DNA from: Terriglobia bacterium
GTDB taxonomy: Bacteria > Acidobacteriota > Terriglobia > Bryobacterales > Bryobacteraceae
Assembly (NCBI GenBank): GCA_003175985.1
Contig: PSRJ01000194.1
Location: 10,366-74,365, forward strand
Direction of reading: 5' to 3'
Length of the DNA stretch: 64,000 bases
The notes under the pieces are model-generated. The model was not told the origin of the DNA, searched no databases, and saw only the letters and a list, made by a program, of their open reading frames with translations. Below are positions 54,101-62,387 of this stretch, one piece after another. The translations under genes were made by a program, and so were the position numbers. The stretch's first letter is position 1, and every line of letters begins with the position of its first letter.

Positions 54101-54490
54101 CGCCGCCGCCGAAGCGATCACCGCCACGGTCTCGCTTAACTGTCCGACGGTCAGCGTCACGTCTACGCGCAGGACAGCGTTGGGCGAGACTGCGGCCCCC
54201 GTTTGGTTGTAAGTTTGAAACCCCGGCGCGGATACCGAGACTTTATATGTCCCTGGCGGAAGCCCGGGGAGACTGTACCCGCCCGCGGAATTGGTAATTG
54301 CTTCGCGGTTGAAATTAGTTTCCAAATTCGTTGCAGCGACCCGGGCGCCCACGATCACCGCCTGGCTGGAATCCGTTACATTTCCGTCGATCTCGCCCAG
54401 CAGCGCCTGCGCGGAAACTCCACCCGGAGTTCCCAGTGTCGCGACTGTGATGACGATTCGAATGAAAAATCCTTGCGTCCCCCGTTTCAT
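51140..54490 (-). CDS. TonB-dependent outer-membrane receptor, Oar-like, cassette 1
   Basis: I trimmed the start to the ATG at 54490, which has a GGGAGG SD 5 nt upstream. Signal peptide MKRGTQGFFIRIVITVATLGTPGGVSA|Q. GNVTDSSQAVIVGARVAATNLETN..GGYSLPGLPPGTYKV. Ends ..GLKLSW. Confidence 0.92.
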   Translation of the reverse strand: MKRGTQGFFIRIVITVATLGTPGGVSAQALLGEIDGNVTDSSQAVIVGARVAATNLETNFNREAITNSAGGYSLPGLPPGTYKVSVSAPGFQTYNQTGAAVSPNAVLRVDVTLTVGQLSETVAVIASAAALQTDRSDVRAEMTQQTLANVPVPIGRNYQMLFVTLPGVSPAQNANSFAANPTRSINFSANGAPTNINSTRIDGASSGGIIDSALTYIPSLEAIQEVNVVTNSFDAEQGLAGGAAVSIQIKSGSNSLHGSLFEYHTDQHLKAYQWAADRTQPNPKYINNQYGASLGGPIRRDKLFYFASFEGTGYSESVTQVVQVPTVAMKAGNLSGSPTPIYDPATGSPDGGGRTPFPNNAIPADRIDRGVQSFLNQAAQWAPNQPGSGALGLARNFSTSASNYQWRRQYDDKLTWNPTEKLSTFYRFGLVDHNAYTNGIFGSLGGLPISRANTGSGFVQGHLFQGTISATYVVSTNLVLDANYGYFREDFNDIPIRAAENLGSTVLQVPGLQSSDPREIGWPLMLIDGFSQVGAANNFEPHGYRDPSRVYAANMSWNKGSHNLRFGADINLQDINESQPQGINSYTAGPGGFQFSQGATQLKGGPAGNDYNAFASFLLGLPVNAGKLRLFPDDIQTRMKAYSFYARDRWQVTPKFTVNYGLRWEYFPFPTRVGRGLEVYDFENNVVNLCGLGPNPIDCGISTGRGRPAPRAGIAYRVSDTFVIRAGYGLTNDPINFANFQRLNYPDVVNVVLNAPNTLSYAISLRQGFPAIPRPDLSTGFSKVAGNVNLISFDKNNLVRGYLQSWNFTIEKRLAGWITSAGYVATRSVDQLAQMDQNWSPIGTGTSGEILNQKFGRTAPTSLMATLGTAKYDSLQVHTEHRFAEGYQVSVGYTFAHGRGYTNESSGAVPTVGLPYAYRKNYGSLNRDIRHNLQVSWVAELPFGRGKHWVHDGPTATILGGWQLSSVLSAYTGMPFSATASNASLNSNASGQFADCLAAPARRLGDIYQWYSKADFGVPASGRFGTCGQNSLSGPALVNLDMGLDRRFRFTERFELRLRAESFNLANTPHHANPGATSATSTSVNSGSFMLATDIRNTGRDGLDERTFRVGLKLSW

Positions 54491-54610
54491 ATGAGCCTCC
54501 CCGTCCTCCTGGCTGAACGGCCACACCCCTGCGGCGCGCATCGGCCTGGAGGTCAATCAACAAGGACTATGTTTTGGCTCTTAGGCAGCACCCCCTATGC
54601 CAACATCCAA

Positions 54611-56374
54611 CTACTCCGCATTCAGTGAAAAGGTCATCAAGACGTCACCGACTGCCAGAGAAACATACTGCTTACCGTTGCTGAGAAAGCTGATGGGCCC
54701 CGCAAAGACAGGGCCGTTCCCGAGAAAGCGCCAGAGCTGCTTGCCACTGCGGGCATCCAATGCAAAGACGTTTCCTTCCAGAGTGCCGCCAAACACGAGG
54801 TTGCCGGCGGTAGCCATAACGCCGGACCATGGCGGCGTTAACACCCGGTGCTCCCATTTAATCTCACCGGTTCCGGGTTCGAGGGCGATGACTTTCCCAA
54901 AACTCTCCTCGGGCGCGAATACGGGACGGGCGCGGAAACCTGCCACGGTTTCCTCTGTAGTGGGCGGGTGGTATTCCGTCTTGCTATATACACGGCGCTC
55001 CTCGCGGGCGAAGGTATAGAGCCAGCCGGTCAAGGGGCTGTAGCTGTGCGCCATCCAATTGGCGCCGCCGTCCACGCCCGGCCAAACGTCGATGTTCCCT
55101 TCGGTGGTCGGCTCATTTCCCGGAATGAGTTCGGGGCGGCCCCGGTCGTCGAAGCCCTTGGCCCAAGTCTGCCTCACAAAGGCTTTCGCCGTGAGGAACT
55201 CGCCGCTCTGCCGGTCGAGGACATAGAAGAAGCCGTTCCGATTGGGCCATACCAACAGCTTCCGAGGCCGCCCGCGAAACTGAGCATCCACCAGCACGGG
55301 GACCTGCGTGGAATCCCAATCGTGCACGTCGTGGGGTGTAAATTGATAGTGCCACTTCAGCTTGCCGGTATCGGGATCGAGAGCAATCACCGAGCAGGAG
55401 TACAGATCGTCGCCCAGGCGAACGTCGCCGTTAGTATCAGGCCACGGATTACCTGTTCCCCAATAGAGCGTATTCAACTCGGGATCGTAGGAGCCAGTGT
55501 TCCAGGTGGAAGCTCCGCCGCGCTCCCCGGAATCGCCCGACCAGCTATAATTCGGGTCGCCCTGCTTGGGGATCGTGTTGAAGCGCCACGCCAGTTTGCC
55601 TGTAGCCGCATCGTAGGCGTCGAGAAATCCGCGAACGCCGTGTTCGGCTCCAGCCATGCCGACAATCACCTTGTCCTTCACAACCAGAGGCGCTCCGGTG
55701 GCGGCATAGCCCCCGGCGGCAGTGTAGTCGAACATCTTGGTTCGCCACACTTCCCGGCCCGACCTGGCGTCTACCGCTACCACGTGCATGTCCAGCGTGT
55801 TCATGAACAGGCGATTTCCCAGGATTGCCACGCCGCGGTTGACGCGCCCGCAACAGGGATAAAGCCTGCGGGGATTGCGGTATTCGTATGTCCATAAGGT
55901 GCGTCCGGTTTCGGCATCGAGGGCGATGATGTCGTTGTCCGGACGCGTCACGTACATGATTCCATCGACGACGAGAGGCGTGGTTTCGACCTTCTCCTGG
56001 GTGCGCATCTGAAACAGCCATTTCAGCTTCAGACGGCCGACATTGGAGGTATCGACCTGCGCGAGCCGGCTATACCGCCAACTGTTGTAAGTATTCGAGT
56101 ACATGAGCCAGTTGCCGGGCTCGCGGTCGGCATGTAAGAGCCGGTCGGAGGTGATGGGGAGACCCTGGGCGCTTAAGGAAAAACCCGCGGCGCATATCGC
56201 CATTGCGATGGACAGTTTATGAACTTGTTCAGAGATGACCGAGAGCAACCGCTCCCTGACGGTCGCGGCTCTGCATGTCATTGCTAAGACGTGAGGGCGG
56301 TTCGGAGCCGCGCGCGCCAGCAAGCGGTTGTCCGAGTTTTTCAACAAACTCCTATCGGTTCGAAATGCGCTCAC
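54611..56374 (-). CDS. PQQ-dependent dehydrogenase, methanol/ethanol (type I quinoprotein) family, cassette 1
   Basis: Vicinal Cys (PCCGRVNRG), GMAGAEHGVRGF, GTGNPWP, FTPHDVHDWDS, and an 8-blade-type length. The track start is the GTG at 56374 (GTGA overlap with the cytochrome stop). This leaves about 57 aa ahead of the signal-like AMAICAAGFSLSAQG, so the true start is uncertain (other in-frame ATGs lie at 56281 and 56203). Confidence 0.9.
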   Translation of the reverse strand: MSAFRTDRSLLKNSDNRLLARAAPNRPHVLAMTCRAATVRERLLSVISEQVHKLSIAMAICAAGFSLSAQGLPITSDRLLHADREPGNWLMYSNTYNSWRYSRLAQVDTSNVGRLKLKWLFQMRTQEKVETTPLVVDGIMYVTRPDNDIIALDAETGRTLWTYEYRNPRRLYPCCGRVNRGVAILGNRLFMNTLDMHVVAVDARSGREVWRTKMFDYTAAGGYAATGAPLVVKDKVIVGMAGAEHGVRGFLDAYDAATGKLAWRFNTIPKQGDPNYSWSGDSGERGGASTWNTGSYDPELNTLYWGTGNPWPDTNGDVRLGDDLYSCSVIALDPDTGKLKWHYQFTPHDVHDWDSTQVPVLVDAQFRGRPRKLLVWPNRNGFFYVLDRQSGEFLTAKAFVRQTWAKGFDDRGRPELIPGNEPTTEGNIDVWPGVDGGANWMAHSYSPLTGWLYTFAREERRVYSKTEYHPPTTEETVAGFRARPVFAPEESFGKVIALEPGTGEIKWEHRVLTPPWSGVMATAGNLVFGGTLEGNVFALDARSGKQLWRFLGNGPVFAGPISFLSNGKQYVSLAVGDVLMTFSLNAE

Positions 56375-57198
56375 AGCGTTCCTCGCAAAGAACTCAAATA
56401 AGCCACCAGATTTTCAATCTCCTTCCTGCTCAGAACCGATCCGTACGCGGGCATCAGTGATGGTTGATCGCGGCGGATCTCCTTCACATTGTCCTTGAGA
56501 AACGCGCGCAGGTTGCCGCTCGTGTCCCGCATCTGGATCGAGATGTCGTCCTCATTCAAGCGGATTCCGGTAATGGTGTCTCCGTGGGCGGTCACGATTC
56601 TAACGGCACGATAGTTGAGAGGCAGGTCCGCCGACGGGTTGACGATCGATTCCTCGAGATGTTTGAGCGATCGCCGCCGCCCCACGCGAGTCAGGTCGGG
56701 ACCAATGATCCCGCCCTGTTGGTTGATGGCGTGGCAAGCCCCGCAGCCGCCCTTGGTGTCGTAGACCGTCTTGCCGGCAACCGGATCACCCGGCGCCTTT
56801 TCATCCAGGCCCTGGCTCCCGAGATGCTTTACAAAAGCCACCAGGCGCCAGATCTCCTGGTCCGGTCCCCGGGTGGGCGGCATGTCGGATCCCGGAATAC
56901 CGTTGCGGATGGTGTCGAACAGTTGGGCATCCGAACCTCCGAAGCGGTATTCGCCCAGCGTCAGGTTGGCTCCACGGCCGCCGGTTCCATCGTTGGCATG
57001 ACAATACGAGCAGCCGCCGCCCGTGATGAATGTCTTTCGGCCAAGTTCCGCGTCTTGCGGTGTATCGAACGGATTCTTTTCAACTGTAGCCGCCGATCGC
57101 TCCACCACCACGCCCACGGGTACTTCTTGCGCGAAAACAGCGGCTGCCGCTGCCAGCGCAAAATAACCGATTTGCAAGAACGGGGAAAGCCGCCGCAT
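56371..57198 (-). CDS. di-haem c-type cytochrome (second domain of the PVC-type haem-binding class), cassette 1
   Basis: Signal peptide MRRLSPFLQIGYFALAAAAAVFA|Q. Two CxxCH motifs (CSYCH, CGACH). GPDLTRVGRRRSLKHLEESIVNPS...SLMPAYG...EIENLVAYL. The ATG lies 1 nt after the stop of the upstream receptor gene. Confidence 0.9.
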   Translation of the reverse strand: MRRLSPFLQIGYFALAAAAAVFAQEVPVGVVVERSAATVEKNPFDTPQDAELGRKTFITGGGCSYCHANDGTGGRGANLTLGEYRFGGSDAQLFDTIRNGIPGSDMPPTRGPDQEIWRLVAFVKHLGSQGLDEKAPGDPVAGKTVYDTKGGCGACHAINQQGGIIGPDLTRVGRRRSLKHLEESIVNPSADLPLNYRAVRIVTAHGDTITGIRLNEDDISIQMRDTSGNLRAFLKDNVKEIRRDQPSLMPAYGSVLSRKEIENLVAYLSSLRGTL

Positions 57199-57199
57199 G

Positions 57200-60100
57200 T
57201 CAAAAGATCAACTTCAACGCGAATTGATACTGCCTCGGGTTCAGGGCTAAATTCGACCCGGTGATCTGGCCGAACCCACCGGCGCCGAGAATCGGCGTCG
57301 CCCCGGGAGCGCCGGTGCCAAAACCGGGGACACTCGCGCTCCACCTCGTGATCGTTATATTCGGTTGGCCGAAGTTCTCCGTATTCGTGATGTTGTACAC
57401 TTCCGCCCGAAATTGCAGCTTGAACCTCTCGTGGAGTTCGAAAGTCTTGAACAGCGAGAAATCCGCACTCCTCTGGTGCGGCCCATATAATTGGGCTCGC
57501 GTTTCGTTGCCCACGGTACCCACCGGCTGCGGTGTAAATGCGTTGATGTTGATCCAGTTGGTGTAGTTCTGGTTCGCCGGGGCATACGGTGCTCCCGCGA
57601 TCACATTGGGACGATCTACAGTTACGAGATTGCTCACATTCGATGGAACGGGCGCCACGCCATCGAGGACGGTGAATGGTACACCCGACTGATAGAAGGC
57701 GAGCAGGTTGGCCTGCCATCCGCCGATGGCGAACTTGGTTATGCGGTTGCCCGTCCGCCCGAAAGGAAATTCATAGTTCAGCCGGAACGAGATGCGGTGC
57801 TTGATCCCGATATCCGAGTTGCCCCAATCGTAGCTTCGGTTGTAAGGAAGAATCGCTCCCACGGTCGCCGCTCCTGTGGTGCCGCCATCGGAGATATTGG
57901 TCAGATTTCGCGCGAAGGTGTAATTTACGTTGGCGGTGAGGCCTTTCGCATATCGCCGCTCGAAGCTCAATTGCGCGGCGTTGTATTCGGAAGCGCCTGT
58001 GGCGGTGTAGTTGTTGATGGAAGCCAGGTTCGGCATGACACCGGCGAAGACTCTCGGATAATAATTTCCCAGTCCGTTCGGGCTTGGCGGCGGAATGTTG
58101 AGGTTCGGAGCGTACTGCAAATGCCGGGCGACCTGACCCACATATCCGGCACTCACTACGTTGCCGCCAAATTGCTTCTGGACCGTCAGATTCCATTGCA
58201 TGATGTAGGCCTGCGGATAGTCCCTCGCGTGGGCGCCGACGGTGCCTGGTAGTTGGTTGTCGAGCGCTGGAATGGTAACGGGAGGGGCGCCCTGAAAAAG
58301 TCTCCCCGAGCCTGCAGGGCAAGCCGACGCCCCCACTCCTGTCTGCGGGAAGCAATCGAGATTGAGAGGAACAAACGGCGGATTGTAAAGGTTCATGGAG
58401 CCTGAAGCATAGTCTTGGGCGTAGCGGCTCATGCCGAACCCGCCGCGAACCACGAAACCCGCCTTGGGAGTCGCGGCGAAACCAAACCGCGGCTCGAAAT
58501 TCGTCCAATAAGATTTGACGCCGGCAGTCGCGCCTACGATAAACGGGTTGCAATTGGTAGGCGTACAGGCCTTCGCCAGGACCGGATCGAAGTTGGAACG
58601 CTCTCCCTGGGCTGCGGTAATCGGACTGAAATGATCCCACCGCAAACCCAAATTGAGGGTGAGCCACGATTTTGCGTGCCAGTCATCCTGCACATAAACA
58701 CTGGGCTCCCAGAAGCGGAAGTATTGGCGCTTCGGGTTGATCTGCCGCTGAATTTCATCGGGCTTGCCTTGCAGGAAGTTCTGCAGATCGATCAATTCAC
58801 TCTGCGTGAACCGGAAGTACCCTAATCCGAACGTATTCTGATAGTAGTTAAGCTGCCTGCGGATCAGGCCGGCCCCCGTCTTGATGTTGTGAGTGCCCTT
58901 CGTCCATGTGAGAGATCCCTGTTCCTGGAAAACGTTATTGATATCCAGGATGGGAACAAACCGGTCGTCGCCGATAACGAAGCTGCTGCCGACAGCCCGC
59001 ATGGGGACGATATCGATCGTTGCCAGGCCTGAAATCTGGTCGCTCACATCCGTGTTCGGCATACCAAACTTTTGGCTCGCATTGGTGCCCTGATTCGGGG
59101 CGGATGTGTAAAGCCACAGCCTGGTGTATCCGGCTTTCAATTCCATCAATAGCGTCGGGCTGAAGATGTGCACGTAGTCCAGCATGGACCCGTGCGAATT
59201 GGCCTCCGAAGGACCCGGAAAGATTCCTCCGCCCGCACTCACCTTGACTCCGTCGACGGTTACATCCGGGAAGAGGGCGGGTTGCGAGTTGTACGTCGGA
59301 TTGTAAGAGAGACGCCCGAAGATGCTGTCCCGCGAAGAGAAGTGGTGATCTACGCGGACGTCATACGTCGTGCTGTTATACATCTTGTTGACGTTGGCGT
59401 TATAGTTTGCTCCGAGCACGCCGGGAGCTCCCGCGTTGGGAGCGGGGAACAGCTTCCAATACTTGAGCGCAACCGGATCCAGTTGGCTCGGTGGGATGAT
59501 AATTCCGCCGGGCTGATCGCTGAAGTTTCCCGGGTTTTGCTCTTCAAACAGCGTGGGCGTGAATATGAGGCCGGTGGGAACGCCTTGGCGAATTCTCAGC
59601 ACCTCGACATCGCCAAAGAAGAACGTCTTGTCCTTCCGGATGGGGCCGCCCACGGAACCGCCAAATTGGTTCTGGCGGTACTTGGGACGCGAAACACCCG
59701 TCAAATTGGAAAAGAAGTCGTTCGCATTCAGTTTGTCGTTGCGCAGGTATTCGTAAACGCCGCCGTGAAACTCGTTGGTCCCCGACTTCGTGAGCAGATT
59801 TACCACGGCGCCGCCCGCCCGTCCGACCTCGGCCGGATAGCTGTTGGTATCCACTTTCACTTCCTGGATCATGTCAATCGAGGGCCGCATCAGGATAGTG
59901 AACTGTTCACGCTCGTTGTTGTCCATTCCATCGATCATCTGGTTGTTGAATACTTCGTTCTGACCGTTGGCGACAACATTGGCGGTCTGCCGGCGCTCGT
60001 CAGGCCGCGTTCCGCTCAGAATGGAATTCGACGGTCCCGCCGCCACGCCCACCGTACTCTGCACCAGGGTTACGTAATTGCGGCCGTTCAGCGGCAGGTC

Positions 60101-60538
60101 CTGCACGGATTGCGCGGCCAGAACCGTGGTCAGGGTTGCCGAGTCGCTCTGCAACGCCGGACTCTGGGCCTGCACCTCCACGGTCTGTGATACCTCGCCT
60201 ACTTGCAATTCCATGTTGGCACGCGCTCGATCGCCAGCCGAGACCGTCAGGTTGGCAGTGGCCATCTTGAAGCCTCTGGACTGCACGGAAACCGTATATC
60301 GCCCCGGCTGCAACAGGTTAAATACAAAGTCGCCCGAAGCGCCGGTTGTGGTGGTGCGCCTTTCCCGGGTTTCTGTATTCTCCGCTGTCACGGTAGCCTC
60401 GGCGATGACAGCGCCGCCCTGATCAACGACAGTGCCGACGATATCGGCTGTGCTGACTTGGGCCCTTAGACTCATGTGGCTTGTGAACAACAGACAAGCG
60501 ATGACAACAGGTACAGCACGAACCAACTTGGTTGACAT
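57200..60538 (-). CDS. TonB-dependent outer-membrane receptor, Oar-like, cassette 2
   Basis: SD AAGGAG lies upstream of the ATG at 60538. Signal peptide MSTKLVRAVPVVIACLLFTSHMSLRA|Q. IVGTVVDQGGAVIAEATVTAENTETRERR..GDFVFNLLQPGRYTV. DLPLNGRNYVTLVQ. Ends ..ALKLIF. Confidence 0.92.
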   Translation of the reverse strand: MSTKLVRAVPVVIACLLFTSHMSLRAQVSTADIVGTVVDQGGAVIAEATVTAENTETRERRTTTTGASGDFVFNLLQPGRYTVSVQSRGFKMATANLTVSAGDRARANMELQVGEVSQTVEVQAQSPALQSDSATLTTVLAAQSVQDLPLNGRNYVTLVQSTVGVAAGPSNSILSGTRPDERRQTANVVANGQNEVFNNQMIDGMDNNEREQFTILMRPSIDMIQEVKVDTNSYPAEVGRAGGAVVNLLTKSGTNEFHGGVYEYLRNDKLNANDFFSNLTGVSRPKYRQNQFGGSVGGPIRKDKTFFFGDVEVLRIRQGVPTGLIFTPTLFEEQNPGNFSDQPGGIIIPPSQLDPVALKYWKLFPAPNAGAPGVLGANYNANVNKMYNSTTYDVRVDHHFSSRDSIFGRLSYNPTYNSQPALFPDVTVDGVKVSAGGGIFPGPSEANSHGSMLDYVHIFSPTLLMELKAGYTRLWLYTSAPNQGTNASQKFGMPNTDVSDQISGLATIDIVPMRAVGSSFVIGDDRFVPILDINNVFQEQGSLTWTKGTHNIKTGAGLIRRQLNYYQNTFGLGYFRFTQSELIDLQNFLQGKPDEIQRQINPKRQYFRFWEPSVYVQDDWHAKSWLTLNLGLRWDHFSPITAAQGERSNFDPVLAKACTPTNCNPFIVGATAGVKSYWTNFEPRFGFAATPKAGFVVRGGFGMSRYAQDYASGSMNLYNPPFVPLNLDCFPQTGVGASACPAGSGRLFQGAPPVTIPALDNQLPGTVGAHARDYPQAYIMQWNLTVQKQFGGNVVSAGYVGQVARHLQYAPNLNIPPPSPNGLGNYYPRVFAGVMPNLASINNYTATGASEYNAAQLSFERRYAKGLTANVNYTFARNLTNISDGGTTGAATVGAILPYNRSYDWGNSDIGIKHRISFRLNYEFPFGRTGNRITKFAIGGWQANLLAFYQSGVPFTVLDGVAPVPSNVSNLVTVDRPNVIAGAPYAPANQNYTNWININAFTPQPVGTVGNETRAQLYGPHQRSADFSLFKTFELHERFKLQFRAEVYNITNTENFGQPNITITRWSASVPGFGTGAPGATPILGAGGFGQITGSNLALNPRQYQFALKLIF

Positions 60539-60737
60539 TGTCGAATTCTCCTTTTTTGGGGCAAGCCTGGAGGGAGCTTGTTCCCCTCTTTACCCCAGCC
60601 CGTCCCCGTGCAATGAGTTAGAGATGCGCCTATCCCGCGGTCAAGTCAATAAGCCAAGTTGAAGGAATCTCTAAGGAAACCGCGAGAGACGGCATACTAC
60701 TGCTTTCGTATCAGTATGTTACAGCATTCGAGCGCGA

Positions 60738-62387
60738 TCAATGACGGATCTCTCCGGTACGCCCGAGGCCAAATGTAAACAGCGAATGGCCCGCCGCGAT
60801 CGAAACATACTGCACCCCATCCACCGTGTAGGTAATGGGCGAAGCGGCAACTTGCGAGCCAAGGTAACACTTCCAAAGTTCCTTGCCGGTCTTGGCATCT
60901 AAGGCAAAAAAGTATCCCTCCCGGTTACCCGAAAAAAGCAGATCGCTCGCCGTGGTCAGGATACCTGCATCACTGACGTCGCGCATCTTGTAATCCCAAA
61001 CCTTTTCACCCGTCGCCGGGTTCAATGCGCGAACCACGCCATAACCCCATTCGGGACCCCACTTGATGAACGGATCTCTTCTGATGGATTGGAACGGCGA
61101 ACGGGCCGCTCCGCCGGTGAAGGATTTACCGGGTTCATACGGCTGATCCCACTGAAAATATGTGGTGTGATAGTCTTCCCAGGCCGTGAGATAGAATAAT
61201 CCCGTTCGCGGGCTGAACGATGGCGAATACCAGTTCGTGCCGCCCTGCACGCCTGGGTATACGTCGTTTCCGGGAACGCTGGGGCTCTTGCCGGGAGCTT
61301 TGATGGGCTTGCCGGCTTCGTCGATGCCGGCGGACCACGTCTGCTTAACGAACGGTTTACCCAGGAGAAACTCGCCTCCCGTCCGATCCAGAACGTAGAA
61401 GAATCCGTTCCGGTTGCCCCACAACATTGCTTTGCGAGGCTTGCCTTTCCAGGTCAGGTCGGCGAGAACGGGGACTTGAACCGAGTCGAAATCCCATTCG
61501 TCGTTAGGTGTGAACTGGTAATACCACTTGAGCTTCCCCGTGTCCGCGTCAAGCGCCACGACGGAATCGGTATAGAGATTGGCGCCGCGGCGAACCGCGG
61601 GATTCCAGTCAGGTCCCGGGTTGCCCGTGCCCCAGTAGATCAGGTTGAGATCGGGATCGTAGGAGCCGGTCACCCATACGGACCCCCCGCCGGTCTTCCA
61701 GGAATCGCCCTCCCACGTTTCATTGCCGGGCTCGCCAGGATTAGCCGTCGTATGGAACCTCCAGACTTCGCGTCCGGTTTGCGCATCGTATGCGGCGAGA
61801 AAACCGGCGATCCCTCGCTCGCCACCGGCGGGACCCACGATTACCTTGTCCTTCACAACCAAAGGCGCCACGGTAACGCCATACCCGTGGGTATACTCCG
61901 CAACCTTCGTGTCCCATTTCTTGCGTCCCGTGGCGGCGTCAATTGCGATGAGGTGGGCATCGAGGGTGCCGAGAAACAGGGTGTTGCCGAGAATGGCGAC
62001 GCCGCGGTTGACGTTGCCGCAGCAGACATACGTCGTCTCGGGCATGGGGTATTGGTAGACCCAAAACGGGCGACCAGTGCGAGTGTCGATCGCCGCCACC
62101 GTATTGGGAGGCTCGGTCATGTACATGACACCATCGACCACCAGCGGCGTGGCTTCGAATTTCTCGAGCGACTGCGCCTGCCAGACCCATTTCAGGCCGA
62201 GGGTCGCGACGTTTTCCGGTTTGATCTGGTTCAAACGGCTGAAGTGCGTGCTCTGGAGGCCGCCGTTATAGGTGAGCCAGTTCTGAGGCTCATTGGCCGA
62301 GCGAATCAGCCGGTCGAAAGAGATTTGTCCCGGCAGCACGGGCGCAAACGCTGCCAGCAGCGTCACTGCGGTTACCCAACTCTTCAT
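60738..62387 (-). CDS. PQQ-dependent dehydrogenase, methanol/ethanol (type I quinoprotein) family, cassette 2
   Basis: ATGA overlap with the cytochrome stop. Signal peptide MKSWVTAVTLLAAFAPVLPG|Q. VCCGNVNRG, GPAGGERGIAGF, GTGNPGP, FTPNDEWDFDS. 549 aa. Confidence 0.93.
   Translation of the reverse strand: MKSWVTAVTLLAAFAPVLPGQISFDRLIRSANEPQNWLTYNGGLQSTHFSRLNQIKPENVATLGLKWVWQAQSLEKFEATPLVVDGVMYMTEPPNTVAAIDTRTGRPFWVYQYPMPETTYVCCGNVNRGVAILGNTLFLGTLDAHLIAIDAATGRKKWDTKVAEYTHGYGVTVAPLVVKDKVIVGPAGGERGIAGFLAAYDAQTGREVWRFHTTANPGEPGNETWEGDSWKTGGGSVWVTGSYDPDLNLIYWGTGNPGPDWNPAVRRGANLYTDSVVALDADTGKLKWYYQFTPNDEWDFDSVQVPVLADLTWKGKPRKAMLWGNRNGFFYVLDRTGGEFLLGKPFVKQTWSAGIDEAGKPIKAPGKSPSVPGNDVYPGVQGGTNWYSPSFSPRTGLFYLTAWEDYHTTYFQWDQPYEPGKSFTGGAARSPFQSIRRDPFIKWGPEWGYGVVRALNPATGEKVWDYKMRDVSDAGILTTASDLLFSGNREGYFFALDAKTGKELWKCYLGSQVAASPITYTVDGVQYVSIAAGHSLFTFGLGRTGEIRH

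Noticed and set aside
25960-60538. Interpreting the three TonB-dependent receptors as SusC-type parts of Bacteroidetes-style polysaccharide utilisation loci
   Set aside because: No SusD-like lipoprotein gene follows any of them. The receptors have the carboxypeptidase-regulatory N-domain of the Oar type rather than the SusC arrangement.
60558-60586. Bulged hairpin GGGGCAAGC...GCTTGTTCCCC between PQQ-DH2 and the receptor gene as a terminator splitting the cassette
   Set aside because: On the transcribed (minus) strand it is followed by an A run, not a U run, and it abuts the AAGGAG ribosome-binding site of the receptor. It could be a 5'-UTR structure, but it is not supported as an intrinsic terminator.
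54611-62387. Naming the two quinoproteins xoxF (methanol dehydrogenase)
   Set aside because: The D-x-D motif supports lanthanide use but not substrate identity. xoxJ and a cytochrome cL-type xoxG are absent, and the partner cytochromes are di-haem PVC-type. I kept the call as a generic PQQ methanol/ethanol-family dehydrogenase.
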